A DNA stretch of 64,000 nucleotides from an uncultured Gammaproteobacteria bacterium (GTDB lineage: Bacteria > Patescibacteriota > Microgenomatia > 2-02-FULL-39-11). The notes below the pieces were generated by a model. The model ran no database searches, was not told where the DNA came from, and saw only the letters and a program-made list of their open reading frames with translations. The stretch's first letter is position 1. Every line of letters starts with the position of its first letter. A program made the position numbers and the translations under genes. This document shows positions 49,684 through 59,517 of this stretch, in pieces. Where the stretch lies: positions 37,837-101,836 of the forward strand of contig CAYUNW010000001.1 in the NCBI GenBank assembly GCA_964446235.1. Reading direction: 5' to 3'.

Positions 49684-49734
49684 TTAAATTCAAATTATAA
49701 TATTCTGAATAGGTTATAATATCAATATATTACT

Positions 49735-51084
49735 ATGAAAATCGATATTCCCAAAGATGTATTAAAAATTATTAAAACTCTAAAGGCAGCCGGATACGAA
49801 GGATATTTGGTAGGAGGAAGTATTAGGGATTTGATATTGAAAAGAAATACCAATGATTGGGATTTCACCACCAATGCAAAACCAGAGGATGTACTTAAAT
49901 TATTCAAAAATTCTTTTTATAATAACGTTTTCGGCACAGTCGGAGTACCAATAGGTAAAATAGTCCATGAAATTACTACCTACAGAAGCGAATCAGATTA
50001 CACGGATCATAGACATCCGAAAACCGTATCTTTCGGTAATAGTATCAAAGATGACTTATCCAGAAGAGACTTTACTATAAATGCTATAGCATATGACGGA
50101 AAAGAATATATCGATCCATACTACGGTATAAGGGATATAAGATTAAAAATCATCCGTTGCGTCGGTAATGCAAACGAAAGATTTTATGAAGACGGTTTAA
50201 GAATGATAAGAGCTGTCAGATTAGCTACTCAACTTAAATTCATTATTGATGAAAAAACACTTGAAGCAATAAAAAAACATGTTAAATTAATAAATAAAAT
50301 ATCAGCTGAAAGAATAAGGGATGAAATTTTTAAGATACTTGAAAGCGAATTTCCTGCAGACGGAATATTGATTTTGAAAAATACATTATTGTTAAAAGAA
50401 ATAATCCCGGAACTGGATAAATGTTTTTATATAGAACAAAAAAGTCCGAAAAGGCATCATATTTATGATGTCGGAACTCATCTAGTACAATCTTTAAAAT
50501 ATTGCAAATCAACCGATCCTGTGGTTAGATTGGCTACTTTATTACATGATATCGGAAAAGCCGAAACATATCATAAGAAAGCAGATGGAGTGATTACATT
50601 TTATAATCATGAAATTATCGGTACAAAAATTGTTAAAAGAATTGCAGATAGACTTAAACTTTCAAAAAAAGACAGTAGTAGGTTATTAAAACTTGTCAGG
50701 TACCATCAGTTTACAGTAGATGAAAAACAAACCGATTCTGCCATCAGAAGGCTAATCAGAAACGTCGGTAAAGAAAACATAACTGATATTTTAGCGTTAC
50801 GGACTGGTGATAGATTAGGAGGCGGAGCTAGAGAAACCAGTTGGCGACTAGAATTATATAAAAAAAGACTAATTGAAGTACAAAAACAACCATTTTCCGT
50901 ATCTGATTTGAAAGTTGATGGTTATGATATTATGAAAATTTATAAAATAAACCCAGGCCCATTGGTAGGAAATATACTCAACACTCTTTTTGACGAGGTT
51001 GTAAGTAAAAAAATTAAGAATGAAAAAAAAATATTATTGAATAGACTTAAAGAACTTGAACCTATTTTTTTCCTTCCCAAATAA
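49735..51084 (+). CDS. cca: CCA-adding tRNA nucleotidyltransferase with HD domain
   Basis: LVGGSIRD, DWDFTT, EITTYR, DLSRRDFTINA, EDGLRMIRAVR, LLHDIGK. Confidence 0.9.
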   Translation: MKIDIPKDVLKIIKTLKAAGYEGYLVGGSIRDLILKRNTNDWDFTTNAKPEDVLKLFKNSFYNNVFGTVGVPIGKIVHEITTYRSESDYTDHRHPKTVSFGNSIKDDLSRRDFTINAIAYDGKEYIDPYYGIRDIRLKIIRCVGNANERFYEDGLRMIRAVRLATQLKFIIDEKTLEAIKKHVKLINKISAERIRDEIFKILESEFPADGILILKNTLLLKEIIPELDKCFYIEQKSPKRHHIYDVGTHLVQSLKYCKSTDPVVRLATLLHDIGKAETYHKKADGVITFYNHEIIGTKIVKRIADRLKLSKKDSSRLLKLVRYHQFTVDEKQTDSAIRRLIRNVGKENITDILALRTGDRLGGGARETSWRLELYKKRLIEVQKQPFSVSDLKVDGYDIMKIYKINPGPLVGNILNTLFDEVVSKKIKNEKKILLNRLKELEPIFFLPK

Positions 51085-51946
51085 CCAATAAAGGTGCAGC
51101 ATTGAATATTGACGAATAGGTTCCTGAAACTATCCCTATTAATAAGGCGATGATAAAATTTCTAATACTTTCCCCTCCAAAAAAAAGCATCGCGGATAAA
51201 GTAAAAATTACAGTCAGTGATGTAGATAATGATCTTGCCAGTGTTTGCACTATTGATTCATTTACAATATATTCAAAATTTTTATCTGGGAATTTTATTA
51301 AGTTCTCCCTAATTCTATCAAAAACCACTATTGAATCGTGAACTGAAAATCCCATAATAGTCAGAAGAGCAGTGATAAATAGACTGTCAATTTCCACATG
51401 AAAGAAGTGGCCTAAAATAGAAAAAATACCAATCACCAAAAAAACGTCGTGCAACAATGCTGCTACCGCACAAATACCGAATTTAAAGGATGAATAAGGT
51501 CTTGGAATCTTTCTGAATGCCCAGGCAATATATAAAACAATCATCACGGATGCAATTATGACAGAGCTTGCAGCTTTTTTACTTGTTTCGCTACCAATAG
51601 CCGGTCCTACTGTTTCGTACCGGATCTCTTTTAGATCTGAATTAATTTTTGTGATTTCATTTTTAAATTCCTCATGCAAACTCTTATCTATTGATTTCAT
51701 TTTTACCACAATTGAGTCTTTTCCGGCTGTCTGTATCGAGTTTATTTCAATCTTCAGATTTTCAGCTATCGATCTTATTTTAGAAATATTTTCTTGACTG
51801 GAATCAGAATACTTATACTCAATTAAAGTTCCTCCGGTAAAATCGATACCTGGTTTCATACCAAACAACAATAGAGATATCATCCCGGGAATTATTACCA
51901 AAGCTGAAATAAGTAAATAAAAAAATTTATATTTAATAATATTCAT
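51062..51946 (-). CDS. secF: protein translocase subunit SecF
   Basis: GIDFTGG, ETVGP, HD, GFSVHDSIVVFDRIRE, GTYSSIF. Confidence 0.96.
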   Translation of the reverse strand: MNIIKYKFFYLLISALVIIPGMISLLLFGMKPGIDFTGGTLIEYKYSDSSQENISKIRSIAENLKIEINSIQTAGKDSIVVKMKSIDKSLHEEFKNEITKINSDLKEIRYETVGPAIGSETSKKAASSVIIASVMIVLYIAWAFRKIPRPYSSFKFGICAVAALLHDVFLVIGIFSILGHFFHVEIDSLFITALLTIMGFSVHDSIVVFDRIRENLIKFPDKNFEYIVNESIVQTLARSLSTSLTVIFTLSAMLFFGGESIRNFIIALLIGIVSGTYSSIFNAAPLLVIWEGKK

Positions 51947-51949
51947 AAA

Positions 51950-53278
51950 TTATTTGTATATAAGTTTCAAAAATGTTCTAGTTACTGTAATAGCAGTAAA
52001 AAGTGATATAAATATACCAATCGCTAATGTAATAGCAAATCCCCTTACTATACCTGTTCCGAAATAATAAAGTATCAAACAAGTAATTAAAGACGACAGA
52101 TTTGAATCCCTAATAGAACTAAAAGCTCTGTCAAAACCTAAATCTATTGCTGTTTTTTTATCCCGACCCCATCTGATTTCTTCCTTAATTCTTTCAAAAA
52201 TCAAAATATTTGCATCAACTGCCATACCAATTGACAAAACAAAACCGGCTAATCCGGCTAAAGTTATAGTAACGGGAATGGTTTTGAATATTGCTAAAAC
52301 TATTACAGCATAAATCATTAAGGCAATATTTGCTACCAATCCAAACATACCATAATTTATAAGCATAAAAACGGATACGATTAATAACCCTATGCCACCT
52401 GCAATCATACTTTTTTCAATTGACTGATTACCCAAAGTAGCTCCAATATTTCTTTGTTCAATAATTTTTAACGGTACCGGTAAAGCTCCGGCATTTAATG
52501 ATATAGTAAGTTTTTTAGCGTCATTTGCTGAAAAGTCTCCTTGTATCACAGCTCTTCCTCCTTCAATTGGCTCATTTACTCTTGGTGCAGAAAGTAACTG
52601 ATCGTCAAGAAATATTGCCACCGATTTACCAATATTCCTTTTAGTAATCTCATTAAATATTTGACTACCTTGTGTGTCAAATTCTAAAGATACTTGTGGT
52701 TTTCCAGTGTTTTGATCAAAAACAACTTCTGACTTTTTTAAATGTTTTCCTGAAAGATTAGTTTTAATACTCCAAATATCAAAATAACTGGATGGGGTAG
52801 CAATTTGTGCTGCTATTGAACTTTCCTCATAAAAATTAAGCTGTGCGGTTTTTCCAATAAGCTCAACTGCAGAACCGAGATCGGAAATACCCGGTATCTC
52901 GACATTTATTCTATAATCATCGGCGGTTTTAGCTTGTTGAATTATCGGCTCCGTTAAACCAAATAGGTTTATCCTTTTCTCAACAACATCTTTTGCTGAC
53001 TGAAAAGCCTGTTCTTTATTTTGTTGATCGATACCATTCATATCTGCTTCTAAAACTATATGTGTTCCACCCGACAAATCCAATCCAAATCTGGATTCAA
53101 AGTTTTTTTTAATAATAAAACGACCTATACCGAAATCAATTTTAGGAGGATTAATTATTCTATCAATTTTGATTGATCCAATTTGGAATTTAAGACGTAA
53201 ATTATTCGGTAATGAAATCAAACTTGAAATAATTGTAACAATTGCAATAAAAATTAAGCTTTTATATGATTTATTCAT
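51950..53278 (-). CDS. secD: protein translocase subunit SecD
   Basis: GLDLSGG, GALPVP, IGMAVDANILIFERIKEE, GFAITL. Confidence 0.96.
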   Translation of the reverse strand: MNKSYKSLIFIAIVTIISSLISLPNNLRLKFQIGSIKIDRIINPPKIDFGIGRFIIKKNFESRFGLDLSGGTHIVLEADMNGIDQQNKEQAFQSAKDVVEKRINLFGLTEPIIQQAKTADDYRINVEIPGISDLGSAVELIGKTAQLNFYEESSIAAQIATPSSYFDIWSIKTNLSGKHLKKSEVVFDQNTGKPQVSLEFDTQGSQIFNEITKRNIGKSVAIFLDDQLLSAPRVNEPIEGGRAVIQGDFSANDAKKLTISLNAGALPVPLKIIEQRNIGATLGNQSIEKSMIAGGIGLLIVSVFMLINYGMFGLVANIALMIYAVIVLAIFKTIPVTITLAGLAGFVLSIGMAVDANILIFERIKEEIRWGRDKKTAIDLGFDRAFSSIRDSNLSSLITCLILYYFGTGIVRGFAITLAIGIFISLFTAITVTRTFLKLIYK

Positions 53279-53287
53279 TATTTGTGG

Positions 53288-53470
53288 CTATTTAGCATCA
53301 GGTAATAACATTTGAGCAGTACCGGAAAAACGGAGATTTATATTTCCTTTAACTAAATCTGTTTTTACCTGCACATAATCTCCTGATTTTAAATTAAGAC
53401 CGTGTACAAACCTGGCAGGAATAATTACTGCTAAACTGTTTCTGCCGATTTTAACTATTTTTTGTCGCAT
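53288..53470 (-). CDS. AbrB/MazE/SpoVT-type DNA-binding protein
   Basis: KIVKIGRNSLAVIIP...LNLKSGDYV. Confidence 0.8.
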   Translation of the reverse strand: MRQKIVKIGRNSLAVIIPARFVHGLNLKSGDYVQVKTDLVKGNINLRFSGTAQMLLPDAK

Positions 53471-53474
53471 AAAT

Positions 53475-54050
53475 TTACCTTACTAATTCTTCTTCATCAC
53501 CGATAATTGCAATCCTGGAACCTTTAAGAATATCCAGAATGAATGGGTCTCTTCGTTTTTTACGGAATTCAAACTCTTCTTCTGTCATTACAGTATAGTT
53601 TATTTCTCTTTCACGTTTTGCTTCCTCTTGTCTGATTATTTGCATTATTTCCGGTAGAACTACTTTTCCAACTAATAAAAGATCGACATCATTAGAATGT
53701 TTAGGTAAATTTCTTGCAAACTTTCCAGAAATCATAGCAAATTTTATACGTCCTAATTTTGATTTATTTTTTATAATATCACCACCCAAACCGGTAGTCT
53801 TAATGATTATATTCAATAAATCATAATATAGAAGGTGATCTTTTCTTAATAGATAAAAAAGTCTGTTTGCGCGACGTTCTTTGGTGAAAAGACCGATTTT
53901 TTCCAAATGTGAAAGCTCTCTTCTAACAGCATTAATCTCTTCTTCAGTTCTCCTTACAATTTCCCTAACATGATACATTTTTTCAGGAGACTGAAAAAAT
54001 AGTTCCAGAATTTTTATTCTAACCCTGGAAATTATTATATCTTTAAACAT
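53475..54050 (-). CDS. wHTH + minimal nucleotidyltransferase-like domain protein
   Basis: N-terminal HVREIVR...INAVRREL wHTH; C-terminal DVDLLLVG...REINYTV; start moved to 54050 after AAGGAGG. Confidence 0.75.
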   Translation of the reverse strand: MFKDIIISRVRIKILELFFQSPEKMYHVREIVRRTEEEINAVRRELSHLEKIGLFTKERRANRLFYLLRKDHLLYYDLLNIIIKTTGLGGDIIKNKSKLGRIKFAMISGKFARNLPKHSNDVDLLLVGKVVLPEIMQIIRQEEAKREREINYTVMTEEEFEFRKKRRDPFILDILKGSRIAIIGDEEELVR

Positions 54051-54081
54051 AATTTCCTCCTTTTTCAACAGGGCAGATTAT

Positions 54082-55260
54082 TTAGTAACTCACTTGATCC
54101 TCATTTGGAACCAGTTCAATCCAAATTGGACCTCTGGTGAATTCAACTTCCTTTCCTTTTGAATCAAAATATTGAGTCCTTGAAATTCTTGTTTTCTTAG
54201 ACCAAGTACCGTTAATCACTTTTCCGTCTTGAAATATCAAAGCCTTTCCACTCCCTATCGATGTATATAACAGATGACCATGTCCATCCACTGGTCCTCT
54301 GATTTTTGTCAGTTGAATAACTACATTCTTGGCGACTAAATCTTGTTTGTTGTCCAAATCTATATGCTGTTCACCACCGAGTTTTCTTTTATATATATTA
54401 TTCTCTCTATCAAAAATCCATTCTACATCATATGAAGGTCGACCTTCCGAAAATGCGATTTTCACACTGTTTACATTTCCCAAATCTGAATTGTTACCAT
54501 CTTTAAATTTCCACATAGTAAAATTTTTATCCCAAGAAACACCATCTTCGTCAACATTTGTCCAACCACGTTTTTCGGCAATTTTGTATAAATTATCTTC
54601 AAAACAAACCATGGTATGTTCTGTGGCTACCGGACGACCGACACGATCTGGATTTCTATAACAATCTGGCATTCCAATACCGAATTGATCTAAATCTTTA
54701 ATACCGTATTTTTGAATTTGACCTAACGCATCAGCGTCTATGGCTGTAGAAGCAGCATTATCTCCTAACCGATTAGCACCTCCTACATGATTATATAAAG
54801 CGTCATATTCGGATACCCAATCTAAATAATTAGACCTAGCTGATCTTACAGGAGCAAATGCGATATTTTCAAAAGGGGTATTACAATAAAACACACCCAT
54901 ATATCTGGTAACCCATCCTTCTACTAATGCCTCATATACGACATCAGCTCTTGATAATCCCGATTGAGGCCGAGCGTCTTCACTGTTTTCAATCATAACT
55001 GCTAATGGTCTTCTTTTCTCCCAATCTTCTTTCTCTTTTTCGGTATATTTTTCACCATTCATAGGACATACAGCTGTCCTCGGTAAAGATGGGTCTACTT
55101 TATTTTTAGGATTTACACTTGGAGATATATTTGCTACAGGAGAAACGAAAACCGGATTACCACCTTTAAATACAAAAGAGTTAAAAACAGCATAAGATAT
55201 TCCAGTTGAAATAAAATATAAACCTAACCCAAATAAATACACAATTAATTTTTTGTTCAT
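54082..55260 (-). CDS. DUF3048 (YerB-like) exported protein
   Basis: RPLAVMIEN, ARPQSGL, ADVVYE, PVRSAR, G-x-x-WIELV; start moved to 55260. Confidence 0.85.
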   Translation of the reverse strand: MNKKLIVYLFGLGLYFISTGISYAVFNSFVFKGGNPVFVSPVANISPSVNPKNKVDPSLPRTAVCPMNGEKYTEKEKEDWEKRRPLAVMIENSEDARPQSGLSRADVVYEALVEGWVTRYMGVFYCNTPFENIAFAPVRSARSNYLDWVSEYDALYNHVGGANRLGDNAASTAIDADALGQIQKYGIKDLDQFGIGMPDCYRNPDRVGRPVATEHTMVCFEDNLYKIAEKRGWTNVDEDGVSWDKNFTMWKFKDGNNSDLGNVNSVKIAFSEGRPSYDVEWIFDRENNIYKRKLGGEQHIDLDNKQDLVAKNVVIQLTKIRGPVDGHGHLLYTSIGSGKALIFQDGKVINGTWSKKTRISRTQYFDSKGKEVEFTRGPIWIELVPNEDQVSY

Positions 55261-55264
55261 AATT

Positions 55265-55726
55265 TTATTTAAAATTTGATAATGCAACAGCTTTTTTAAC
55301 AGTCTGTTTCTCTTCTTCCGATAATTCAATATCTATACCTTTACCATCCTTAACTTCTTTAATATACCATCTGGTTACACCACGATTATGAAGAGATGTT
55401 AATAATATACCTGAATTTTTACCATCTAGCAAAGCCAGAATAAAACTTTGCTTCCCTCCGGTATCACTGAAAGGATTAAATCTGAACAATGATATTTTTT
55501 GAAAATTATAAACTATATCATTGGATAAAGAATTTACCTTCAGTGTTAATGTATGAATTTCTTTTTTGGAAAGATGAACGTCCTTTAAAATATTATTGAG
55601 AATGTCGATTAAGTTACCTTGAGTAACACCTTTCAATAATTTATTTTGGTTACTAAATATTTTAAAAATAACTACTGTATCAATCAAAAGCCACAAAAGT
55701 ATAAAAGAAATTAGAACATAAATCAT
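55265..55726 (-). CDS. DUF4446 family protein
   Basis: N-terminal TM; RFNPFSDTGGKQSF.LALLD, LSEEE. Confidence 0.85.
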   Translation of the reverse strand: MIYVLISFILLWLLIDTVVIFKIFSNQNKLLKGVTQGNLIDILNNILKDVHLSKKEIHTLTLKVNSLSNDIVYNFQKISLFRFNPFSDTGGKQSFILALLDGKNSGILLTSLHNRGVTRWYIKEVKDGKGIDIELSEEEKQTVKKAVALSNFK

Positions 55727-55767
55727 AAAATATGCATTTTAAAAATTGAGTAAACTATGTATTCGAG

Positions 55768-55796
55768 ATTGTACTCACTTTACAACTTTGTGTCAA
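55768..55796 (-). promoter_or_regulatory. sigma70 promoter TTGACA-17-TACAAT for the DUF4446...secDF run
   Basis: Near-consensus hexamers at 55796-55791 and 55773-55768. Confidence 0.65.
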
Positions 55797-55819
55797 TATG
55801 ATAGGCTTTTTGCCATAAT

Positions 55820-56116
55820 ATGCCTAAAAAAACTAAAAGGCAAAAAATCGAATCACAAATAAGAAGAGAGAAAATGCTCTCGCAAGGCTACAGTGTAAAT
55901 TTTGTCAAGACTGAACTTGATCAAACATCCATTAAAGCTAAAATTCAACAGCAATCACCTTCAAAAACTTTAAAAAATGTTGATCTAACAAGCCAAAAAC
56001 ATTTTTCAACCGATTCATATCATTTTGTTAAGAAAGACTTGATAAGAATTACTATATTTACAATTTTCGCTTTCGTAATCCAAGGTGTGCTATATTTCCT
56101 GTTAGGTATAAATTGA
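55820..56116 (+). CDS. hypothetical protein with basic N-terminus and C-terminal TM
   Basis: MPKKTKRQK..., Y-x-FVKKDL followed by a hydrophobic tail. Confidence 0.7.
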   Translation: MPKKTKRQKIESQIRREKMLSQGYSVNFVKTELDQTSIKAKIQQQSPSKTLKNVDLTSQKHFSTDSYHFVKKDLIRITIFTIFAFVIQGVLYFLLGIN

Positions 56117-56150
56117 TTGTTTATATACTTAAGAGAGGAGGTGAAAATAT

Positions 56151-56291
56151 ATGGCAGAAATGTATTGTGTTAAATGTCGTGCAAAAAGAGAAGATCCAAA
56201 TGCACAAAAAGTGACAATGAAAAACGGTAAACCAGCAATGAAAGGAAAATGTCCTGTTTGCGGCACCGGAATGTATAAAATTGGTGGCTAA
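56151..56291 (+). CDS. 46-aa Zn-ribbon protein (DUF5679-like), absent from the ORF track
   Basis: MAEMYCVKCRAKREDPNAQKVTMKNGKPAMKGKCPVCGTGMYKIGG; strong SD GAGGAGGTGA; terminator follows. Confidence 0.9.
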   Translation: MAEMYCVKCRAKREDPNAQKVTMKNGKPAMKGKCPVCGTGMYKIGG

Positions 56292-56309
56292 AACAATTTT
56301 TGATAGCAT

Positions 56310-56343
56310 ATAAAACCCCTCCTTAAAAAGTGAGGGGTTTTAT
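56310..56343. terminator. bidirectional intrinsic terminator
   Basis: ATAAAACCCCTC-N10-GAGGGGTTTTAT hairpin between convergent genes. Confidence 0.85.
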
Positions 56344-56354
56344 TTTAGAAAAAC

Positions 56355-57560
56355 TCATCTTCTAATTGCTTCAACAGGTGTCATTTCTGAAGCTTTCTTA
56401 GCCGGTACCACGCCAAAAAATATACCTATACTTGCTGATACAAATACTGCTAAAAAAACCGTATTGAAGTTTATATAAGCCGGAAAATAGCTTTGAATTA
56501 ATATTACAACCAAAAAAGAAAAGCATAAACCTAATACACCACCTAACATAGATAAAATTATCGATTGGGTAAGAAAAAGCAATAAAATATCCCTTCTTTT
56601 TGCTCCATATGCACGCCTAATTCCTATTTCCTGTACCCTTTGTGCAACAGATACATACATAATATTCATTATTCCTATCCCACCTACCATTAATGATATC
56701 GTTGCTATCCCCACTAATACATAATTAACCATATTAAAAATTGATTCCATAGAATTGAAAATCTCCTTTTGATCCAATACGGAAAAATCGCTCTCGTTAT
56801 ATCTTTTAAGCAATATGTTTTTAATATCCGTCTTAGTCGTTTCTAATCTATCTTCATTTTTAAGTTTAGCGTAGATGCCGTAATATTTTTTACTTGGATT
56901 AAATGATAACGTAGATTTAAAAGGCGTTAAAATATGATCGTCAATACTTGGCATACCACCGCCGCCTCCACCTTTGGATTCTAAAACACCAATTACTAAA
57001 TAAGGTTGATCGTTAATTTTAACGATTTTATTTAACGCCTGATCTTTGGTGCTAAAAAGGTTTTTTGCAACTGCAGAACCCAATACAACAACTTTTTTGG
57101 CTTTTTCATTATGGTTTTCATCAAATAATACCCCCATTTCAACAACCATATTCAATATGTTAAAAATATCCGGAGTTGAAGCAATAAGTTCATATACTCT
57201 AGTATCCTTATATCCTTTTATTTCCGGATAAAAATGGTAAGCAGGAGCAGAAACGGCAATATTTTCGATTTTTTTTATCCTCTGATAATCTTTATCATCA
57301 AATTTTCCCTGAATAGACATGCTTGACGGATTAATACTCCCACTTTGCATCATACGGCCAGGCATTACCATTACTAAATTTGCACCTATTGCTTCAAATT
57401 GAAGCTCTATATATTTTTTCAAACCAAGTCCGAAGGCCATAAGTAGCACTACTGATGAAATTCCAATAAATATCCCTAAAGAAGTAAGAATTGTCCGAAT
57501 TTTATTGTTTTTAAGATCATTAAAAGAATTGGTAACAATACAGCAAAAATATTTATACAT
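56355..57560 (-). CDS. MacB/FtsX-type ABC permease (paralog 2)
   Basis: RTILTSLGIFIG, GGIGIMNIMYVSV, EIGIRRAYGA, PAKKASEMTPVEAIR. Confidence 0.92.
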   Translation of the reverse strand: MYKYFCCIVTNSFNDLKNNKIRTILTSLGIFIGISSVVLLMAFGLGLKKYIELQFEAIGANLVMVMPGRMMQSGSINPSSMSIQGKFDDKDYQRIKKIENIAVSAPAYHFYPEIKGYKDTRVYELIASTPDIFNILNMVVEMGVLFDENHNEKAKKVVVLGSAVAKNLFSTKDQALNKIVKINDQPYLVIGVLESKGGGGGGMPSIDDHILTPFKSTLSFNPSKKYYGIYAKLKNEDRLETTKTDIKNILLKRYNESDFSVLDQKEIFNSMESIFNMVNYVLVGIATISLMVGGIGIMNIMYVSVAQRVQEIGIRRAYGAKRRDILLLFLTQSIILSMLGGVLGLCFSFLVVILIQSYFPAYINFNTVFLAVFVSASIGIFFGVVPAKKASEMTPVEAIRR

Positions 57561-57595
57561 GAATTTGTATTAATTATATCCCAAAAACGTCAAAC

Positions 57596-58804
57596 TCATT
57601 CATATCTTATTGCTTCAATTGGTGAAAGATCAGCAGCTCTCTTTGCAGGAAAAACACCAAACACAATACCTATTGCGGAAGAAACACCCAAAGCAACAAG
57701 TACGGATTGGAGATTTATATATGCCGGAAAAAATTTCTGTATCAATAACACCACAACAAATGAAAACAGTAAACCTAACATGCCTCCCAAAAGTGATAAA
57801 ATAACTGCTTCGGTCAAAAATTGTATCAAAATGTCTTTTCCTGTTGCGCCCATAGACCGTCTTATCCCAATTTCCCTGATTCGTTCAACTACAGAAACAT
57901 ACATAATATTCATAATTCCAATACCACCAACTACTAAAGAAATCGCTGCAATAGCCACTAATATTGTATTCAACACCGAAAAGATAGAAGAAACAGCATT
58001 AAGAATTTCTGTCTGTTCAATAACAGAAAAGTCATCTTCACTATACCTTTTGAGTAAACTGTTTTTGATATTATCTTTGGTAGTTGCAATAGTCTCACCC
58101 GAAACTGCTTTTAAACTTATTGCCGTAAAAGACTTATCAGGATTAAACGCTAAAGCAGATTTATATGGTATATAGATAAAGGAATCAAAATCAGGCCCGC
58201 CAAAACCTCCTCCTCCTTTGGATTTCAAAACACCAATCACCGGAAAACCTTGATTCTCAATCTTAATTGTTTTACCTAAGGCTGTGTCTATATTTCCATA
58301 TAATTTTTCCGCGATTTTAGGTCCAATAACAACCTTTTTACTACGTTTTTCCACGTCAGTTTTATTGAAAAGATTTCCTACTTCTACCTCCAAATTCCTA
58401 ATCGCAAACACTCCTTCATTTGTCGCATATAGTTCACCGAATTCCGAATTCCCGTTTGCCGTAACCTCTACCGTTTTCATAAAAGCGGGTACAACATAAG
58501 AAATATCATCTATTTTTGTCAGGTTCAAAATATCTTTCTCGTCAAATCTGGTGCCACCCAATGCGCTACCACCTCCTCTAAAATTTCCACCTTCCAATAT
58601 TTTTCCTGGTACAACAATCAAAAGGTTTGTACCTAAGCTTTCAAACTGATTTTCAATGTATTTTTTCAATCCCAATCCAAAAGCAATCAATAATACTACC
58701 GATGCTACTCCAATGAGTATGCCTAAAGATGTCAAAAAAGTTCTGACTTTATTTCGCTTAAAATCTTCAAGAGCCGATTTGAATACAAACAGAAAATTGT
58801 TCAT
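57596..58804 (-). CDS. MacB/FtsX-type ABC permease (paralog 1)
   Basis: RTFLTSLGILIG, GGIGIMNIMYVSVVERIREIGIRRSMGA, PAKRAADLSPIEAIRYE; start moved to 58804. Confidence 0.93.
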   Translation of the reverse strand: MNNFLFVFKSALEDFKRNKVRTFLTSLGILIGVASVVLLIAFGLGLKKYIENQFESLGTNLLIVVPGKILEGGNFRGGGSALGGTRFDEKDILNLTKIDDISYVVPAFMKTVEVTANGNSEFGELYATNEGVFAIRNLEVEVGNLFNKTDVEKRSKKVVIGPKIAEKLYGNIDTALGKTIKIENQGFPVIGVLKSKGGGGFGGPDFDSFIYIPYKSALAFNPDKSFTAISLKAVSGETIATTKDNIKNSLLKRYSEDDFSVIEQTEILNAVSSIFSVLNTILVAIAAISLVVGGIGIMNIMYVSVVERIREIGIRRSMGATGKDILIQFLTEAVILSLLGGMLGLLFSFVVVLLIQKFFPAYINLQSVLVALGVSSAIGIVFGVFPAKRAADLSPIEAIRYE

Positions 58805-58814
58805 AAAAGGAAAA

Positions 58815-59495
58815 TTATTTTGATACTTTTCCGTCACGGATAATTATCCTACGCCTTGCCCTATCAGCAATATCTTTCTCATGTGTGACTAAAACTACAG
58901 TAATTTTATCTTTGGAATTTAAATTATCCAATAAATCCATAATGATATTCCCGGTTTTTGTATCCAAATTTCCGGTAGGTTCATCTGCTAAAATCAATTG
59001 CGGATCATTTACCAATGCCCTAGCAATAGCTACTCTCTGCTGTTGACCTCCAGATAATTTGTTTGGATAAGATTTTGCCTTTTCCAATATCCCGAATCTT
59101 TTCAAAAGGTCATTTGCTTTTTCTATAAAATTCTGACCTTTGTCGTTCCTTGTATACATTGTCGGCAGTAATACATTTTCTAATACTGTTAATTTATTTA
59201 TAAGGTTAAACTGCTGAAATACAAATCCAACAAATTCATTACGAAGATGAGATAGCTTATCGTCAGAAAAATTTGAAATATCTTCCCCTTCAATAAGCAC
59301 TTTACCTCGTGTGGGTGAATCCAATAATCCAATAATATGCATTAATGTCGATTTCCCCGAACCAGAAGGACCCAATATTGCTACATATTCGCTTTTAGAG
59401 ATTTCTACACTGACATTGTCAAGAGCTACGAAAATTCCGGAATCGATTTTATATTCTTTATACACATTTTCGATTTTTATTAATGGATTTTTCAT
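58815..59495 (-). CDS. MacB/LolD-type ABC ATP-binding protein
   Basis: GPSGSGKST, GFVFQQFNL, LSGGQQQRVAIARAL, ADEPTGNLD, VTHE; start moved to 59495. Confidence 0.95.
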   Translation of the reverse strand: MKNPLIKIENVYKEYKIDSGIFVALDNVSVEISKSEYVAILGPSGSGKSTLMHIIGLLDSPTRGKVLIEGEDISNFSDDKLSHLRNEFVGFVFQQFNLINKLTVLENVLLPTMYTRNDKGQNFIEKANDLLKRFGILEKAKSYPNKLSGGQQQRVAIARALVNDPQLILADEPTGNLDTKTGNIIMDLLDNLNSKDKITVVLVTHEKDIADRARRRIIIRDGKVSK

Positions 59496-59517
59496 AAATT
59501 TCAATGAGGTGCAAAAA

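Noticed and set aside
55749-55766. AGTAAAC half-site resembling the candidate SOS box
   Set aside because: The second half-site is absent.
56121-56309. 62-aa minus-strand ORF in the track
   Set aside because: It is the antisense shadow of the 46-aa plus-strand Zn-ribbon gene, which has the SD and terminator.
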